Shown: positions 39,967-50,817, numbered from the stretch's first letter. The stretch is DNA of 64,000 bases from Salinivenus sp. (GCA_046540815.1 JBKHEM010000001.1:3040-67039), one strand, 5' to 3'. Translations and numbers: made by a program. Notes: generated from the letters alone by a model not told the origin.

Positions 39967-40920
39967 ATGCCAACCCCCCCTGACCAGTCCTCATCGGACG
40001 CCCCGGCCGCGGTGTCCGTGGTGCGAGAAGGGCAGGGCGTTCGGCCGTCGTCGCGATCCGTGACGGCAGTGCTACGGGATTATCTGGAGCTGGCGAAGCC
40101 AGAAATCTCGTCCGTTGTGACCCTGTCGGCCTTTGCGGGCTTCCTGGTAGGATCGCCTGCAGGGCTGGATGGATGGACGCTGCTCTGGACGATGATTGGG
40201 GTGGCGCTGTGTGCCGGCGGCGTGGGCATGCTCAACCATGTCCTGGAGCGACGCTACGATGCCCAAATGAAGCGAACGGCGTCCCGCCCGCTTCCGGCCG
40301 GACGGGTGCGTCCTTCGCGGGCCCGCACGGTTGGGGCACTAATGGTGTGCGCCGCGGTCGGCCTGCTGTGCCCCCTCGTCAACGTCATCACGGCCGTCAT
40401 CGCGGCGGCCACGGCCGTGCTGTATCTCTTTGTGTACACCCCTCTGAAGCGCATCACGAAGTGGAATACCCTCATTGGGACCGTGCCGGGGGCGCTGCCG
40501 GCTCTTGGCGGATACACCGCCGCCACCGGGTCGCTGGGCGCGGGCGGCTGGGCGGTGTTCGGGGTGCTGGCCTGCTGGCAGATGCCCCACTTCCTGTCGC
40601 TGGCCTGGATGTATCGGAAGGACTACGCCCGCGGGGACTACGCCATGCTGCCGGTGGTGGAGCCGGAGGGCCACTCGACAGCCCACCAGATGGTGGGCTT
40701 CTGTGCTCTGCTTTTACCCCTGAGTGTGGTGCCGTCGCTCGTCGGCGCCGCGGGTTGGCTCTACGGAATCGGGATTGTGCCGGTGGGCCTCTGGTTTTTG
40801 TGGACGACCCTCGTGTTTTACGGCGAGCGCACCGGTAAAAACGCTCGACGGGTTCTCAAGGCGTCGGTCTTGTACGTCCCGGTACTCACAGCTCTCCTGC
40901 TTGCCGACTGGTGGCTGTAA
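39967..40920 (+). CDS. ctaB: protoheme IX farnesyltransferase (heme O synthase)
   Basis: LELAKP, DAQMKRTASRPLPAG, YTPLKR, GALPAL, WQMPHF, DYARG. Confidence 0.95.
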   Translation: MPTPPDQSSSDAPAAVSVVREGQGVRPSSRSVTAVLRDYLELAKPEISSVVTLSAFAGFLVGSPAGLDGWTLLWTMIGVALCAGGVGMLNHVLERRYDAQMKRTASRPLPAGRVRPSRARTVGALMVCAAVGLLCPLVNVITAVIAAATAVLYLFVYTPLKRITKWNTLIGTVPGALPALGGYTAATGSLGAGGWAVFGVLACWQMPHFLSLAWMYRKDYARGDYAMLPVVEPEGHSTAHQMVGFCALLLPLSVVPSLVGAAGWLYGIGIVPVGLWFLWTTLVFYGERTGKNARRVLKASVLYVPVLTALLLADWWL

Positions 40921-40972
40921 TCGGAGAGCCCGGGAGTGCCTCCGTTGTGTTTGTAACCTGATTGCTTGCTCT

Positions 40973-41944
40973 ATGGCTCGCCCTGCCGTCGACATTCGGG
41001 GAATCACGCACCGCTACGGTGCGCAGATCGCTCTCCGCGAGGTGAGCCTCCGCGTGGAACCAGGGGCACTCTACGGCCTGCTTGGGCCGAACGGCAGTGG
41101 GAAGACCACGCTGTTTCGCATTCTGTCCACCCTGATGCCGCCGAGCGAGGGAGACGCCCGCATTTTTGGCAAGGACCCGACCGCCGAGCCCGACGCTGTG
41201 CGCCGTCAGCTCGGAGTGGTCTTTCAGGATACAGCCCTCGACGGGGCGCTGACGGTTCGGGAAAACCTGCGGTTCCAGGGGGCGCTTTATCGCCTGCATG
41301 GGGCTGCTCTCCGAGAGCGCATCGGCGACTTGCTTTCTCACTTCGGCATCTCCGCCCGGGTGGACGATCCGGTCGAGGAGTTGTCCGGTGGACTTCGCCG
41401 GCGGGTGGACCTGGCGCGCGGCCTGCTCCATCGCCCCCGCCTGCTCCTCCTGGACGAACCAACGACGGGGCTCGATCCCGCCGCTCGGCGAGCGTTCTGG
41501 TCGGCCCTCAGCCGGCTGCAAGACGCTGAAGGCACGACGCTCCTCATGGCCACGCACCTGATGGAAGAAGCCGAGCGCTGCGACCGTGTCGGCATCTTGT
41601 CGGAGGGGGCGCTCGTGGCCGACGGCGCGCCGGCGACCCTGAAGGCGGAACTGGGGACCGAAACCCTCTGGCTGGAGGCCGAGCATCCCCCGGCCCTCCG
41701 CGATCGCATCGAGGCCCAATTCGGGGAGTCCACTCGCATCGTGGGACGCCAGGTACAGGTGGCGCCGTCCGACCCGCCGGCATTCCTGGCGGCCCTCTAC
41801 GAGGCCTTCGGGACCGACATTCAGCGAGCCACCATCCGCCCCCCCACCCTCGAAGATGTGTTCATGGTTCATGCCGGTCCACCGCCGGCATCGGACCCGG
41901 AACGGATTCTCGCCCATCAAGGAGAAGAAAAAGGGCGCCTCTGA
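40973..41944 (+). CDS. ABC-2 type transporter ATP-binding protein
   Basis: GPNGSGKTT, LSGGLRRRV, LLDEPTTGLD, ATH, PTLEDVF. Confidence 0.93.
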   Translation: MARPAVDIRGITHRYGAQIALREVSLRVEPGALYGLLGPNGSGKTTLFRILSTLMPPSEGDARIFGKDPTAEPDAVRRQLGVVFQDTALDGALTVRENLRFQGALYRLHGAALRERIGDLLSHFGISARVDDPVEELSGGLRRRVDLARGLLHRPRLLLLDEPTTGLDPAARRAFWSALSRLQDAEGTTLLMATHLMEEAERCDRVGILSEGALVADGAPATLKAELGTETLWLEAEHPPALRDRIEAQFGESTRIVGRQVQVAPSDPPAFLAALYEAFGTDIQRATIRPPTLEDVFMVHAGPPPASDPERILAHQGEEKGRL

Positions 41945-42027
41945 TTGCTTTCGGGGAGGCGGCGCCTCCTGCGCTGCATGCTTCCCTGTGTCTCCACTCC
42001 GACCGACCGGCTCGAATCTTTACTGCG

Positions 42028-42807
42028 ATGTACGTCCTACGCACCATTGGGGCCCTGACAGGGCGCGAAATTCTGAAGTTTGTGCGCGACCGGAGTCGCG
42101 TGCTGGGAGCGGTGGCCCAACCCCTTGCGTTGTGGCTGCTGCTGGGCCTGGGCTTTCAGGGGACGTTTCAGGTCCCGGGCGGCGGGGCAGGGGACATCGG
42201 ATACGTTGAGTTTCTTTTCCCCGGCATTCTGGCACTGGTCCTGCTATTCACAGCCATCTTCTCGACCATCTCGGTCGTGGAGGAGCGAGCGTCTGGGTTC
42301 CTCCAGGCCGTTCTCGTGGCTCCCACCTCGCGCGTTGCGCTTGTGCTGGGCAATGCCCTCGGCGGCACATTGCTGGCCACCGGCCAGGCCCTTCTGTTTT
42401 TACTCGCGCTTCCGCTTCTCAACGTAACCCCGACGCTCGGTGGACTGGCCCTGCTTGCCGCCATTTGTATGCTGACCGGACTCGCCTTCACGGCCCTTGG
42501 CTTTGCCATCGCCTGGCGCATGGACACCACGCGCGGCTTCCACGCCGTGATGAACCTCGTGCTGCTGCCGCTCTGGTTTCTGTCCGGTGCCATGTTTCCG
42601 GTCGAAGGCGCCGCGCCGGTCCTTCAGGGCCTCGTGTGGGCCAACCCGGTCTCCTACGCCGTGAGCGGCCTGCGCCATGGGCTCTACGAGGGGACGACCA
42701 TGACCTTGGCGGGGCCCACCGTTTCCCTGGCCGTCACGGCGGGCTTTGCGGTGCTGATGATTGGTCTCGCCGTGTGGCAGGTAAAACAGCCCTTCTTCCA
42801 GACGTAA
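42028..42807 (+). CDS. ABC-2 type transporter permease
   Basis: About six TM segments, YVEFLFPG, FLSGAMFP, NPVSYAV. Confidence 0.92.
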   Translation: MYVLRTIGALTGREILKFVRDRSRVLGAVAQPLALWLLLGLGFQGTFQVPGGGAGDIGYVEFLFPGILALVLLFTAIFSTISVVEERASGFLQAVLVAPTSRVALVLGNALGGTLLATGQALLFLLALPLLNVTPTLGGLALLAAICMLTGLAFTALGFAIAWRMDTTRGFHAVMNLVLLPLWFLSGAMFPVEGAAPVLQGLVWANPVSYAVSGLRHGLYEGTTMTLAGPTVSLAVTAGFAVLMIGLAVWQVKQPFFQT

Positions 42808-42867
42808 CCGTTCCGGGCTCGGCCCGTACTCTTCTGCCCGCACGTCTCACCTCGGCGCGACGGGTCC

Positions 42868-43503
42868 ATGTCCATCCTCGAATACCTTACCGTCCTCGTG
42901 TCCATCGTGGTCGGGCTGGGGATAACCGACCTTGCAGAGAGTGTCCGCTATCTCATTCACCCGGATCAGTCGGTGCGGTGGCACTGGCTCCCCCTCACGT
43001 GGAGTATTTCCGCTCTGTTGATGGTGGTGGCGTGTTGGTGGGGCTTCTTCGATTTTCTGCAGGCGGAGGTGTGGCGGAGCCCCGTGGCGTTCCTGATTGT
43101 GCTGTTTACGGCGCTGAGCCTCTATTTTCTCTGTGCCTTTGCGCTCCCAGACCTGGACTGGAAGGAGGACGCCCTGTCGTTTCCTCCGGAGGGGGCCGCA
43201 CACATCGACCTGAAGGCCTTCTACTTCTCAACGGCGCACCGCCGGCTCTTTTTCGGGACGGCCATTGCGTTCATTCTTCTGTTCACGACGGTGGCCCACG
43301 TTCAGCACAGTGCCGGGCAGGGCGCCCCGGTGGGATGGACGGCCTGGGCGATTGTGCGAACGAGTTTTCCTTTCGTGGCGACCTACGGCGTCCTCATGAT
43401 AACTGAACGGCGCTGGGTCCACGCGATCCTGACGGTCGTAGGGCTTATCCTCGCCGTCTCGCTGCTCTTCGCCCTGACCCCAATGCTCACGCAAGAGGGA
43501 TAG
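42868..43503 (+). CDS. hypothetical integral membrane protein
   Basis: 5-6 hydrophobic segments; EYLTVLVSIVVGLGITDL N-terminus. Confidence 0.75.
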   Translation: MSILEYLTVLVSIVVGLGITDLAESVRYLIHPDQSVRWHWLPLTWSISALLMVVACWWGFFDFLQAEVWRSPVAFLIVLFTALSLYFLCAFALPDLDWKEDALSFPPEGAAHIDLKAFYFSTAHRRLFFGTAIAFILLFTTVAHVQHSAGQGAPVGWTAWAIVRTSFPFVATYGVLMITERRWVHAILTVVGLILAVSLLFALTPMLTQEG

Positions 43504-43568
43504 CCGGAGACTGTGAACCCGGCCCGATGCGAAACGTCCGGCGAGCGTGCGGCGTTCGCCCATGTGAT

Positions 43569-44672
43569 ATGCCAACAGCTACAACTGCCTCCCATACCGT
43601 CGGCACCGCCGCGGACCGCGTGGACCTCAAGACGATGGGCCGCGCGGCTTTGAAGGACTTTGTCGCCAAGCACGGCGCGCCTCGCTACCGCGGCGACCAG
43701 CTCTTCCACTGGATTTATGGAAAGGGCGTGTCTGACTTCGAACGCATGTCGAACCTGCCAAAGCGGATGCGCCGCGGCCTACAGCGCGACGCGACGGTCG
43801 AGGACATCGAGATCGTCGAGCAGCAGCAGGCGGCCGACCAGACCGTGAAAGCCCTCTTCCGGCTCCCGTCGGGACGCAAGGCGGAAACCGTGCTCATCCC
43901 GGCGATCGACGAGCGGGGGGAGGCGCGCCGACTCACGGTGTGCGTGTCGAGCGAAGTGGGCTGCGCGATGGGCTGTACGTTCTGCGCCACCGGCCGCATG
44001 GGCTTCCGGGAAAACCTGACGCCCGGGGCCATCTTTGACCAGGTGTGGCACATGAACGAGGTGGCCGAGGAGCGCTTTGGACGGCCCGTGACGAATGTGG
44101 TCTTCATGGGGATGGGCGAGCCGCTTCTCAACTACGACGCCGTGCTCGACAGCATCGAGATTCTGACCGACGAGGACAGCCTCAACCTGTCGGCCCAAAA
44201 GATTACGGTGTCCACCGTCGGTCTTGCGCGGCGCATCAAAGACCTGGCCGACGACCAGCTGCGCACCAACCTGGCCGTCTCGCTCCACGCGCCGGACAAC
44301 GAGACGCGCAGCCGCATCATGCCGGTCAACGAGGCGGAGAAGACGAGCCTCCCCGCCCTGAAAGAGGCCATCCAATACTACTCGCGGACAACGGGTCGTC
44401 GGGTCACCTACGAGTACTGCCTCTTCAAGGGGGTCAACGACAGCGAAGAAGACGCCCGCAACCTCGCGGACATCACGCGCTGGGCGCCAAGCAAGGTGAA
44501 CCTGCTGATGTACAACCCGGTCGAAGGCCTCAACTTTGAGCGCACGTCCGAGCAGCAACTCAATCGCTTCGTGGAGGTGCTCGTGCAGGAGGGCGTCACG
44601 GTCACCGTTCGCCAGAGTCGGGGCCAGGACATCGACGCCGCCTGCGGGCAGTTGGCGAATGACGAGGAGTGA
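43569..44672 (+). CDS. rlmN: 23S rRNA m2A2503 / tRNA radical-SAM methyltransferase
   Basis: CVSSEVGCAMGCTFC, FMGMGEP, SLHA, DIDAACGQL. Confidence 0.97.
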   Translation: MPTATTASHTVGTAADRVDLKTMGRAALKDFVAKHGAPRYRGDQLFHWIYGKGVSDFERMSNLPKRMRRGLQRDATVEDIEIVEQQQAADQTVKALFRLPSGRKAETVLIPAIDERGEARRLTVCVSSEVGCAMGCTFCATGRMGFRENLTPGAIFDQVWHMNEVAEERFGRPVTNVVFMGMGEPLLNYDAVLDSIEILTDEDSLNLSAQKITVSTVGLARRIKDLADDQLRTNLAVSLHAPDNETRSRIMPVNEAEKTSLPALKEAIQYYSRTTGRRVTYEYCLFKGVNDSEEDARNLADITRWAPSKVNLLMYNPVEGLNFERTSEQQLNRFVEVLVQEGVTVTVRQSRGQDIDAACGQLANDEE

Positions 44673-44824
44673 GGGGGACGGGCGAGAGGGGAGGGGCGAA
44701 AGGTGAGAATCGAGCCCTCACCATTGAGAGACAGGACGACCCTCGCCCTTCGCCCCTCTCCTGTCCATTCTCGATCCTCTACAGTCACCGCACATCCAAT
44801 TCATTCAACTCCGTTTCTGACGTA

Positions 44825-45079
44825 ATGGCTTTCTCATCCAACGCCCCCGACTGGCTCACCCGACTCCTTCAGGGTCTGCTTGGCATCCTCGGCTTCTACG
44901 CGGCCGTTCGGTTCCTCCCGCGCGTCTTGAAGAGCATGACTCGACGCTTCTTGTTCGGCCTCATCGGCGAAATCCTGCTGGTGGCTGTGGGGCTCTTTCT
45001 CACCCGCCGTGCAACCGAGGGCCCGTCCCGAAATGGCGCGCCCGCCCCGGACGAGGATACCCGAAGAGAAAACCGATGA
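44825..45079 (+). CDS. small two-TM hypothetical protein
   Basis: 84 aa from ATG 44825, with two hydrophobic helices separated by a basic loop. Confidence 0.65.
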   Translation: MAFSSNAPDWLTRLLQGLLGILGFYAAVRFLPRVLKSMTRRFLFGLIGEILLVAVGLFLTRRATEGPSRNGAPAPDEDTRRENR

Positions 45080-45191
45080 ATGCACAGGTCTTTGGTGCGG
45101 AGAAACCCTCCTTGCGCTCCCTACGATGCACTTGAGAGAAGCCTAGAAGTCCCCATCCCACGTGTCGTTTCACTGCTGATTTGCCGCCGCC

Positions 45192-46880
45192 ATGTTCGAA
45201 GACTCTCCGTTCCGAACCGAGCACCTGGGCGTCATCACGCACGGCTCGCTGAACGAAGGCATCGAGATGAAGCTCGACCCCAGCGAGTCGGTCGAAAACG
45301 TCGTGGCGGGCACGTTCGTCGTGATCCAGGGGGAGCAGCACGACTTCTTTTGCATGATCACGGACGTGGAGATTGAGGCGGCCAACGAGCAGATTCTGCT
45401 CAACCCACCCGACCCGTCCGACGACCTGCTGCGCGAGGTGATGCAGGGCTCCGGCACCTACGTGACGGTGCAGCTCAAGCCCATGCTCATGATGCCCAAC
45501 GCCGATCATCCAGAGCTGACGGAGGAGGAACCGGCGTCGGTGAAAACCATCCCGGCTCACTTTTCGCCGGTCGCCCAGGCGGAAGCCGACGACGTGGCGC
45601 GCGTCTTTGGCGATGAGACGCACGGCGACGGGCGCACCTTCTTTCACGTGGGGCATCCGATCGGGATGGAGGAGAGCCCGGTGTGCATCGACCTGTCAAA
45701 GTTTGCCGAGCGCTCGAACGCGATTTTTGGAAAGACGGGCACCGGGAAGACCTTCCTTACGCGGCTCCTCCTGGCAGGGACGATCGTGACGGGGCGGGCC
45801 GTGAATCTCGTCTTCGACATGCACTCGGAGTACGGATATGGGAGTCAGGCGGAGGGCGAAGACAGGCAGGCCCAGTTCGTGAAGGGGCTGCGCGACCTCT
45901 TTCCGAGCAGGGTGAGCCTCTTTTCGCTCGATCCCTCCACGACTCGCCAGCGCGGCCATACCCCGGACCACGAGGTGCACCTTCACGCCGACCAGATCCA
46001 GCCGGCCGACATCCTGCCGCTGCGCGACACTCTAAACCTCAACGCCACGGCGGCCGAGAGCAGTTACCTCCTCAGGAATCAGTACGGCACCCGCTGGCTC
46101 ACGACGCTCCTGGAGGCACAGAGCACGGACGACTTCGAGCGGCTGGCCGACGAGACCGGCGCACACAAGAATTCAATCGAGGCGCTGCGGCGCAAGCTGG
46201 CCCCGTTTCAGGAATACGACTTCTTTACCACGCGGCCGTCGCCCGACGACTACGACGTACTCGATGCCCTGCTCGAAAACCTGGACAGCGGGAAGTCCGT
46301 CGTCCTTGAGTTTGGGCAGTACGACGACCTGCGCGTATACCTGCTCGTGGCCAACGCCCTCACGCGCCGCATCCGGCGCGCGTACGAGGAGAAGACGAAC
46401 CGCTACCGGCAGACGCAAGATGCAGCCGACAAGCCGCAGCCCCTCATGATCACGATTGAGGAGGCACACAAATTCCTGGAGCCCGGCATTGCCCACGAGA
46501 CGCCCTTCGGCAAGATCGCGCGCGAGATGCGGAAGTTCTTCGTGAGCCTCCTGGTGGTGGACCAGCGGCCCAGCGCGATCGACGAGGAGGTGCTCAGCCA
46601 GATCGGCACCAAGATGGTGGCCAAGCTGAGCGACGAGAAGGACATCGGGGCCGCCCTGGTGGGCACGAGCGACGCCTCAAGCCTGCGCGCGATTCTTGCC
46701 TCCCTCGATGCGCAGCAGCAGGCGCTCCTGCTCGGTCACGCCGTGCCGATGCCCATTGTCGTGAAGACGCGCACGTACGATCAGGACTTCTACGACGCCC
46801 TCCGCTCGCATCCGGCGCGGGGAGGGACCGCCGGGGGCGAGCGGGATCCGGATCAGGAAATGGAGGACCTGTTCTATTAA
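45192..46880 (+). CDS. HerA/FtsK-superfamily ATPase (DUF87) with N-terminal HAS-barrel-like region
   Basis: Walker A GKTGTGKT, FDMHSEY, Walker B ITIEEAH, arginine finger REMRKF, DQRPS. Confidence 0.88.
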   Translation: MFEDSPFRTEHLGVITHGSLNEGIEMKLDPSESVENVVAGTFVVIQGEQHDFFCMITDVEIEAANEQILLNPPDPSDDLLREVMQGSGTYVTVQLKPMLMMPNADHPELTEEEPASVKTIPAHFSPVAQAEADDVARVFGDETHGDGRTFFHVGHPIGMEESPVCIDLSKFAERSNAIFGKTGTGKTFLTRLLLAGTIVTGRAVNLVFDMHSEYGYGSQAEGEDRQAQFVKGLRDLFPSRVSLFSLDPSTTRQRGHTPDHEVHLHADQIQPADILPLRDTLNLNATAAESSYLLRNQYGTRWLTTLLEAQSTDDFERLADETGAHKNSIEALRRKLAPFQEYDFFTTRPSPDDYDVLDALLENLDSGKSVVLEFGQYDDLRVYLLVANALTRRIRRAYEEKTNRYRQTQDAADKPQPLMITIEEAHKFLEPGIAHETPFGKIAREMRKFFVSLLVVDQRPSAIDEEVLSQIGTKMVAKLSDEKDIGAALVGTSDASSLRAILASLDAQQQALLLGHAVPMPIVVKTRTYDQDFYDALRSHPARGGTAGGERDPDQEMEDLFY

Positions 46881-46916
46881 CGAGGAGCCGGCCCGAGACG
46901 TCTTGTGAGAATCAGA

Positions 46917-47561
46917 TCACTGATCCAGTCCCGGAGCATCGGACGTGTCCGGCGTGCGAAGGAGCCGGTCGGGCACCTCCTCCGGAATCGTCCACACGAA
47001 AATGAGCTCCTGGGTCATGGGGTCGCTGCCCATCTCAATGGACTCGTCCGGCTCCCACTTGCCAATCCGGAAGTCGTGGGACACCACGCGGTCGCCCGGA
47101 TCGAGCTCCTGGAGCAGCTTCGGGCGCAGCTTGACGTTGATCTCGGGCCACAGGTAGAGGGCGACGACCGTGGCGTCACTGAGGTCGGTGTCGAACAGAT
47201 CCATCTCGCGAAACTCCACTTGGTCGGCCACCCCGGCGGCCTCGGCGTTGGCGCGAGCCTCTTCGACCAGCTCCGGATCAATTTCGATGCCGACGCCCCG
47301 GGCGCCAAAGTCCCTGGCGGCCACGATGGGAATCCGTCCGTCCCCGCTCCCAAGGTCGTACACGACATCATCACTCGTCACGTCGGCGGCCTCCAGCATG
47401 CGGCGCACCACGCGGTCGGGCGTCGCCACGTAGGGGGCAACCTTCTCTGTGGTGTCGGAGGGCGGGGCGTCGGGGACCTGGGCGTCCGTCGTCCCTGGCC
47501 AGGCCGCCGCCACAAAGGCAGCGAGAACCAGGAGGGAGAGAAGCGGTCGTCGCGGAATCAT
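46917..47561 (-). CDS. class I SAM-dependent methyltransferase with N-terminal signal peptide
   Basis: MIPRRPLLSLLVLAAFVAAAWP.., APYVATP, YDLGSGDGRI, GIEID, ATVVALYL, RVVSHDF. Confidence 0.88.
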   Translation of the reverse strand: MIPRRPLLSLLVLAAFVAAAWPGTTDAQVPDAPPSDTTEKVAPYVATPDRVVRRMLEAADVTSDDVVYDLGSGDGRIPIVAARDFGARGVGIEIDPELVEEARANAEAAGVADQVEFREMDLFDTDLSDATVVALYLWPEINVKLRPKLLQELDPGDRVVSHDFRIGKWEPDESIEMGSDPMTQELIFVWTIPEEVPDRLLRTPDTSDAPGLDQ

Positions 47562-47817
47562 GGAAGAAGGAGGGGGCAGTGGGGAAGGGGGAGCAAATAA
47601 CATTCGGAGAAAGGCCCGGTGTGACCGCTTGGTTCCCTGCTGCCCCGTACACACCCGCCCACAAAGGCGGGATGTGGGGAAGTTTCGCAAAAACATGTAG
47701 GGGCGGCCTCTTCAATTGAAATGACTGCCCGGCGCCGGTATCTTCCAAAAATCCAGCCGTTCTCATGCGGGCGGTCCTGGTAATTTCCCGCTGTCTCCAC
47801 ATCGATCCTCCCGTCTT

Positions 47818-50580
47818 ATGGCCGACTCCCCGGCATCGTCTGAAAGCCTGCCCACGAGCGACCCCTCGTACGACCTGATTGCGTCGCGTCGGCAGCCGCT
47901 CGACGCCATTTTCCAGCCCGAAAACGTGGCATTGATCGGCGCGAGCGAGACGCCCGGAAGCGTCGGGCGCACGCTCCTCTGGAACCTGGTGAGCAACCCC
48001 TTCGGCGGCACCATCTTTCCGGTGAACCCGAACCGGGACAGCGTCCTCGGCATCGAGGCGTATCGAAGCATCACGGACGTGGAGGCGGATGTCGATCTGG
48101 CGGTGATTGCGACGCCGGCGCCCACCGTGCCGGGCATCGTCGAGGCCTGTGGCGAGGCGGGCGTGCAGGGGCTCATCATCGTGTCGGCGGGCTTCCGGGA
48201 GGTGGGCGAGGAGGGGGCCGAACTCGAACGCGACATCAAGGAGAAGGCCCGAGAATATGACATTCGGATTGTGGGGCCGAACTGCCTGGGCGTGATGCGC
48301 CCGCCCAACGGCCTGAACGCAACCTTTGCCGGAGCCATGGCAAATGAGGGAAACGTGGCATTCGTCAGCCAAAGCGGCGCCCTTCTCACCTCAATTCTCG
48401 ACTGGAGCTTCCGCGAAAACGTGGGCTTTAGCTCGTTCGTCTCCATCGGGTCGATGCTCGACGTGGACTGGGGCGACATGATCGAGTACCTGGGCGACGA
48501 CCCCAAGACGGACAGCATCGTCCTCTACATGGAGTCGATTGGAAATGCGCGCTCGTTCCTGTCCGCGGCGCGCGATGTGGCCCAGTCCAAGCCCATCATC
48601 GTGATCAAGGCGGGACGCACCCAGGCGGCCGCGGAGGCCGCGGCCTCTCACACCGGCACCCTTACGGGAAGCGACGCCGTGCTCGACGCCGCCTTCCGGC
48701 GTAGCGGCGTGCTTCGCGTGGACGACATCAACGACCTCTTTTACATGGCCGAAGTGCTGGGCAAGCAGCCCCGGCCCGAAGGGCGCAACCTCACCATCCT
48801 CACGAATGCGGGCGGGCCGGGCGTGCTGGCGACCGACGCCCTCATTGGCGGCGGAGGCGAACTGACGCCCCTCTCGGACGAGGCGATGGACCAATTCGAC
48901 GAGATACTGCCGTCCGCCTGGAGCCACGGCAATCCCGTTGACATCCTGGGGGACGCCGACCCGGAGCGCTACGCCCAGTCCCTGGAGGTGGCGGCCCAAG
49001 ACGACAACAGCGACGGCCTCCTGGTGGTACTGACGCCGCAGGCCATGACCGAGCCCACCAAGACGGCCGAGCACCTGCGCCCCTATGCCCGCGACAACAG
49101 GAAGCCGATTCTGGCGAGCTGGATGGGGGGCGACGCCGTCGCATCGGGCGAAAAGATTCTGAACGAGGCGGGGCTGCCCACCTTCGCCTACCCCGACACG
49201 GCGGCGCGCGTCTTTAACCACATGTGGCGGTACAGCTACAACCTGCGGGCTCTTTACGAAACCCCCAGCCTGCCGGCGGACGAGGAGGGGATTCCCGATC
49301 GAGAGGCGGCCGCCGACATCGTGCAGGAGACGCACGAGAGCGGACGCGTACTCATGACGGAGTATGCTTCCAAGGAGCTGCTCTCGGCCTACGGCATTCC
49401 CACCGTCGAAACGCGAATTGCCGAGACGGCGGAAGAGGCGGTGGCTGCGGCGCAAGAGATTGGCTATCCCGTGGCCGTCAAGATCCACTCCACCTCCATC
49501 ACGCATAAGTCGGACGTGGGCGGCGTGAAGCTGGGCCTCGGCACCGACGAGGCTGTGGAAGAGGCCTTCCGGACGATCGAAGGCAACGTGACCCCCGACG
49601 GGTTCGACGGCGTCACCGTCCAGCCCATGATTGACCGCACGGACGGCTACGAGTTGATCATTGGCAGCAGCATGGACGAGCAGTTTGGGCCGGTGCTGCT
49701 GTTTGGATCCGGGGGGCAGTTGGTGGAGGTGTACAAGGACCGCGCGCTTGGCCTTCCGCCGCTCAACACAACGCTCGCCCGGCGCATGATGGAGCAGACG
49801 GACATCTACGAGGCGCTGGAGGGCGTCCGGGGGCGCGACCCGGTCGACCTCGACGCGCTGGAGGCGATGCTCGTGCGCTTCAGTCAGCTGGTGGTGGAGC
49901 AGCCGCGCGTCAAGGAGATCGACGTGAACCCGCTCCTGGCCCGTCCGGGCGACGGCGGCCTATTGGCGCTGGATGCCCGGGTGGTGTTGCACCCGTACAC
50001 CACGGACGAGGACGACCTGCCCACGCCGGCCATCCGGCCGTACCCGCGGCAGTACATCAGCACCCACACCATGCTGAACGGGGAGGAGGTGACGGTGCGT
50101 CCCATCCGGCCTGAAGACGAACCCAAGCTCGTCACCTTCCACGAGCGGCTCTCGGAGCGAAGCGTCTATCTGCGCTACGCCAGCCTGATGAAGCTGGAGC
50201 AGCGCGTGGCCCACGAGCGACTGGCGCGCATCTGTTTCATCGATTACGACCGCGAAATGGCCCTGGTGGCCGAGGACGGCGACGGCCAGATCATCGGGGT
50301 TGGGCGCCTGACGCAGCAGCCCGGGCGCAGCGAGGCCGAGTTCGCCATGCTCGTCATCGACGAGTACCAGGGCGAAGGGGTCGGCACGGAACTGCTGCGC
50401 CGCCTCGTGGAGATTGGCAGGGACGAAGGCCTCGACCGCATCACGGCCGACATCCTCCAGCAGAACCAGGCCATGCAGCGGGTCTGCAGGAAGCTCGACT
50501 TCCAAATCGTGCACAGTGACGATCCGGCGGAGGACATGGTGAAGGCCGTGAAGCCGCTGACGGATTCGGAAGAGAAGTAG
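47818..50580 (+). CDS. NDP-forming acyl-CoA synthetase / GNAT fusion (Pat-like protein acetyltransferase)
   Basis: CoA-binding domain, GPNCLG, SQSGA, AAASHTG, ATP-grasp ([17 protein letters not shown]) and C-terminal GNAT (RPIRPED, YQGEGVG). Confidence 0.92.
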   Translation: MADSPASSESLPTSDPSYDLIASRRQPLDAIFQPENVALIGASETPGSVGRTLLWNLVSNPFGGTIFPVNPNRDSVLGIEAYRSITDVEADVDLAVIATPAPTVPGIVEACGEAGVQGLIIVSAGFREVGEEGAELERDIKEKAREYDIRIVGPNCLGVMRPPNGLNATFAGAMANEGNVAFVSQSGALLTSILDWSFRENVGFSSFVSIGSMLDVDWGDMIEYLGDDPKTDSIVLYMESIGNARSFLSAARDVAQSKPIIVIKAGRTQAAAEAAASHTGTLTGSDAVLDAAFRRSGVLRVDDINDLFYMAEVLGKQPRPEGRNLTILTNAGGPGVLATDALIGGGGELTPLSDEAMDQFDEILPSAWSHGNPVDILGDADPERYAQSLEVAAQDDNSDGLLVVLTPQAMTEPTKTAEHLRPYARDNRKPILASWMGGDAVASGEKILNEAGLPTFAYPDTAARVFNHMWRYSYNLRALYETPSLPADEEGIPDREAAADIVQETHESGRVLMTEYASKELLSAYGIPTVETRIAETAEEAVAAAQEIGYPVAVKIHSTSITHKSDVGGVKLGLGTDEAVEEAFRTIEGNVTPDGFDGVTVQPMIDRTDGYELIIGSSMDEQFGPVLLFGSGGQLVEVYKDRALGLPPLNTTLARRMMEQTDIYEALEGVRGRDPVDLDALEAMLVRFSQLVVEQPRVKEIDVNPLLARPGDGGLLALDARVVLHPYTTDEDDLPTPAIRPYPRQYISTHTMLNGEEVTVRPIRPEDEPKLVTFHERLSERSVYLRYASLMKLEQRVAHERLARICFIDYDREMALVAEDGDGQIIGVGRLTQQPGRSEAEFAMLVIDEYQGEGVGTELLRRLVEIGRDEGLDRITADILQQNQAMQRVCRKLDFQIVHSDDPAEDMVKAVKPLTDSEEK

Positions 50581-50817
50581 TACCCGGAACAGGACGCTCC
50601 GACTTGCCCGCCCCGCCGGTTCGTCTTTTTGCCTGTGGACGGGCCACGTTGGGCCGGGAGGGGCGGGGGGACGTCTTTCATCGTGAAGCAGGCCTACCAG
50701 TTGAAGCGATCGTCCCGGACGGCCGCGTGCACACCCCGGTGGTCCGGTTGCTGTTCGGAGCCGCTCTCGCGGACGGGGGCCAATTTGTACTATCCTTCTC
50801 TATGGAACTGCTTTGTG

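Noticed and set aside
45192-47561. HerA plus methyltransferase as an anti-phage system
   Set aside because: The genes are convergent, the MTase has a signal peptide and no DNA-MTase motif (DPPY/NPPY/PC), and no effector is present.
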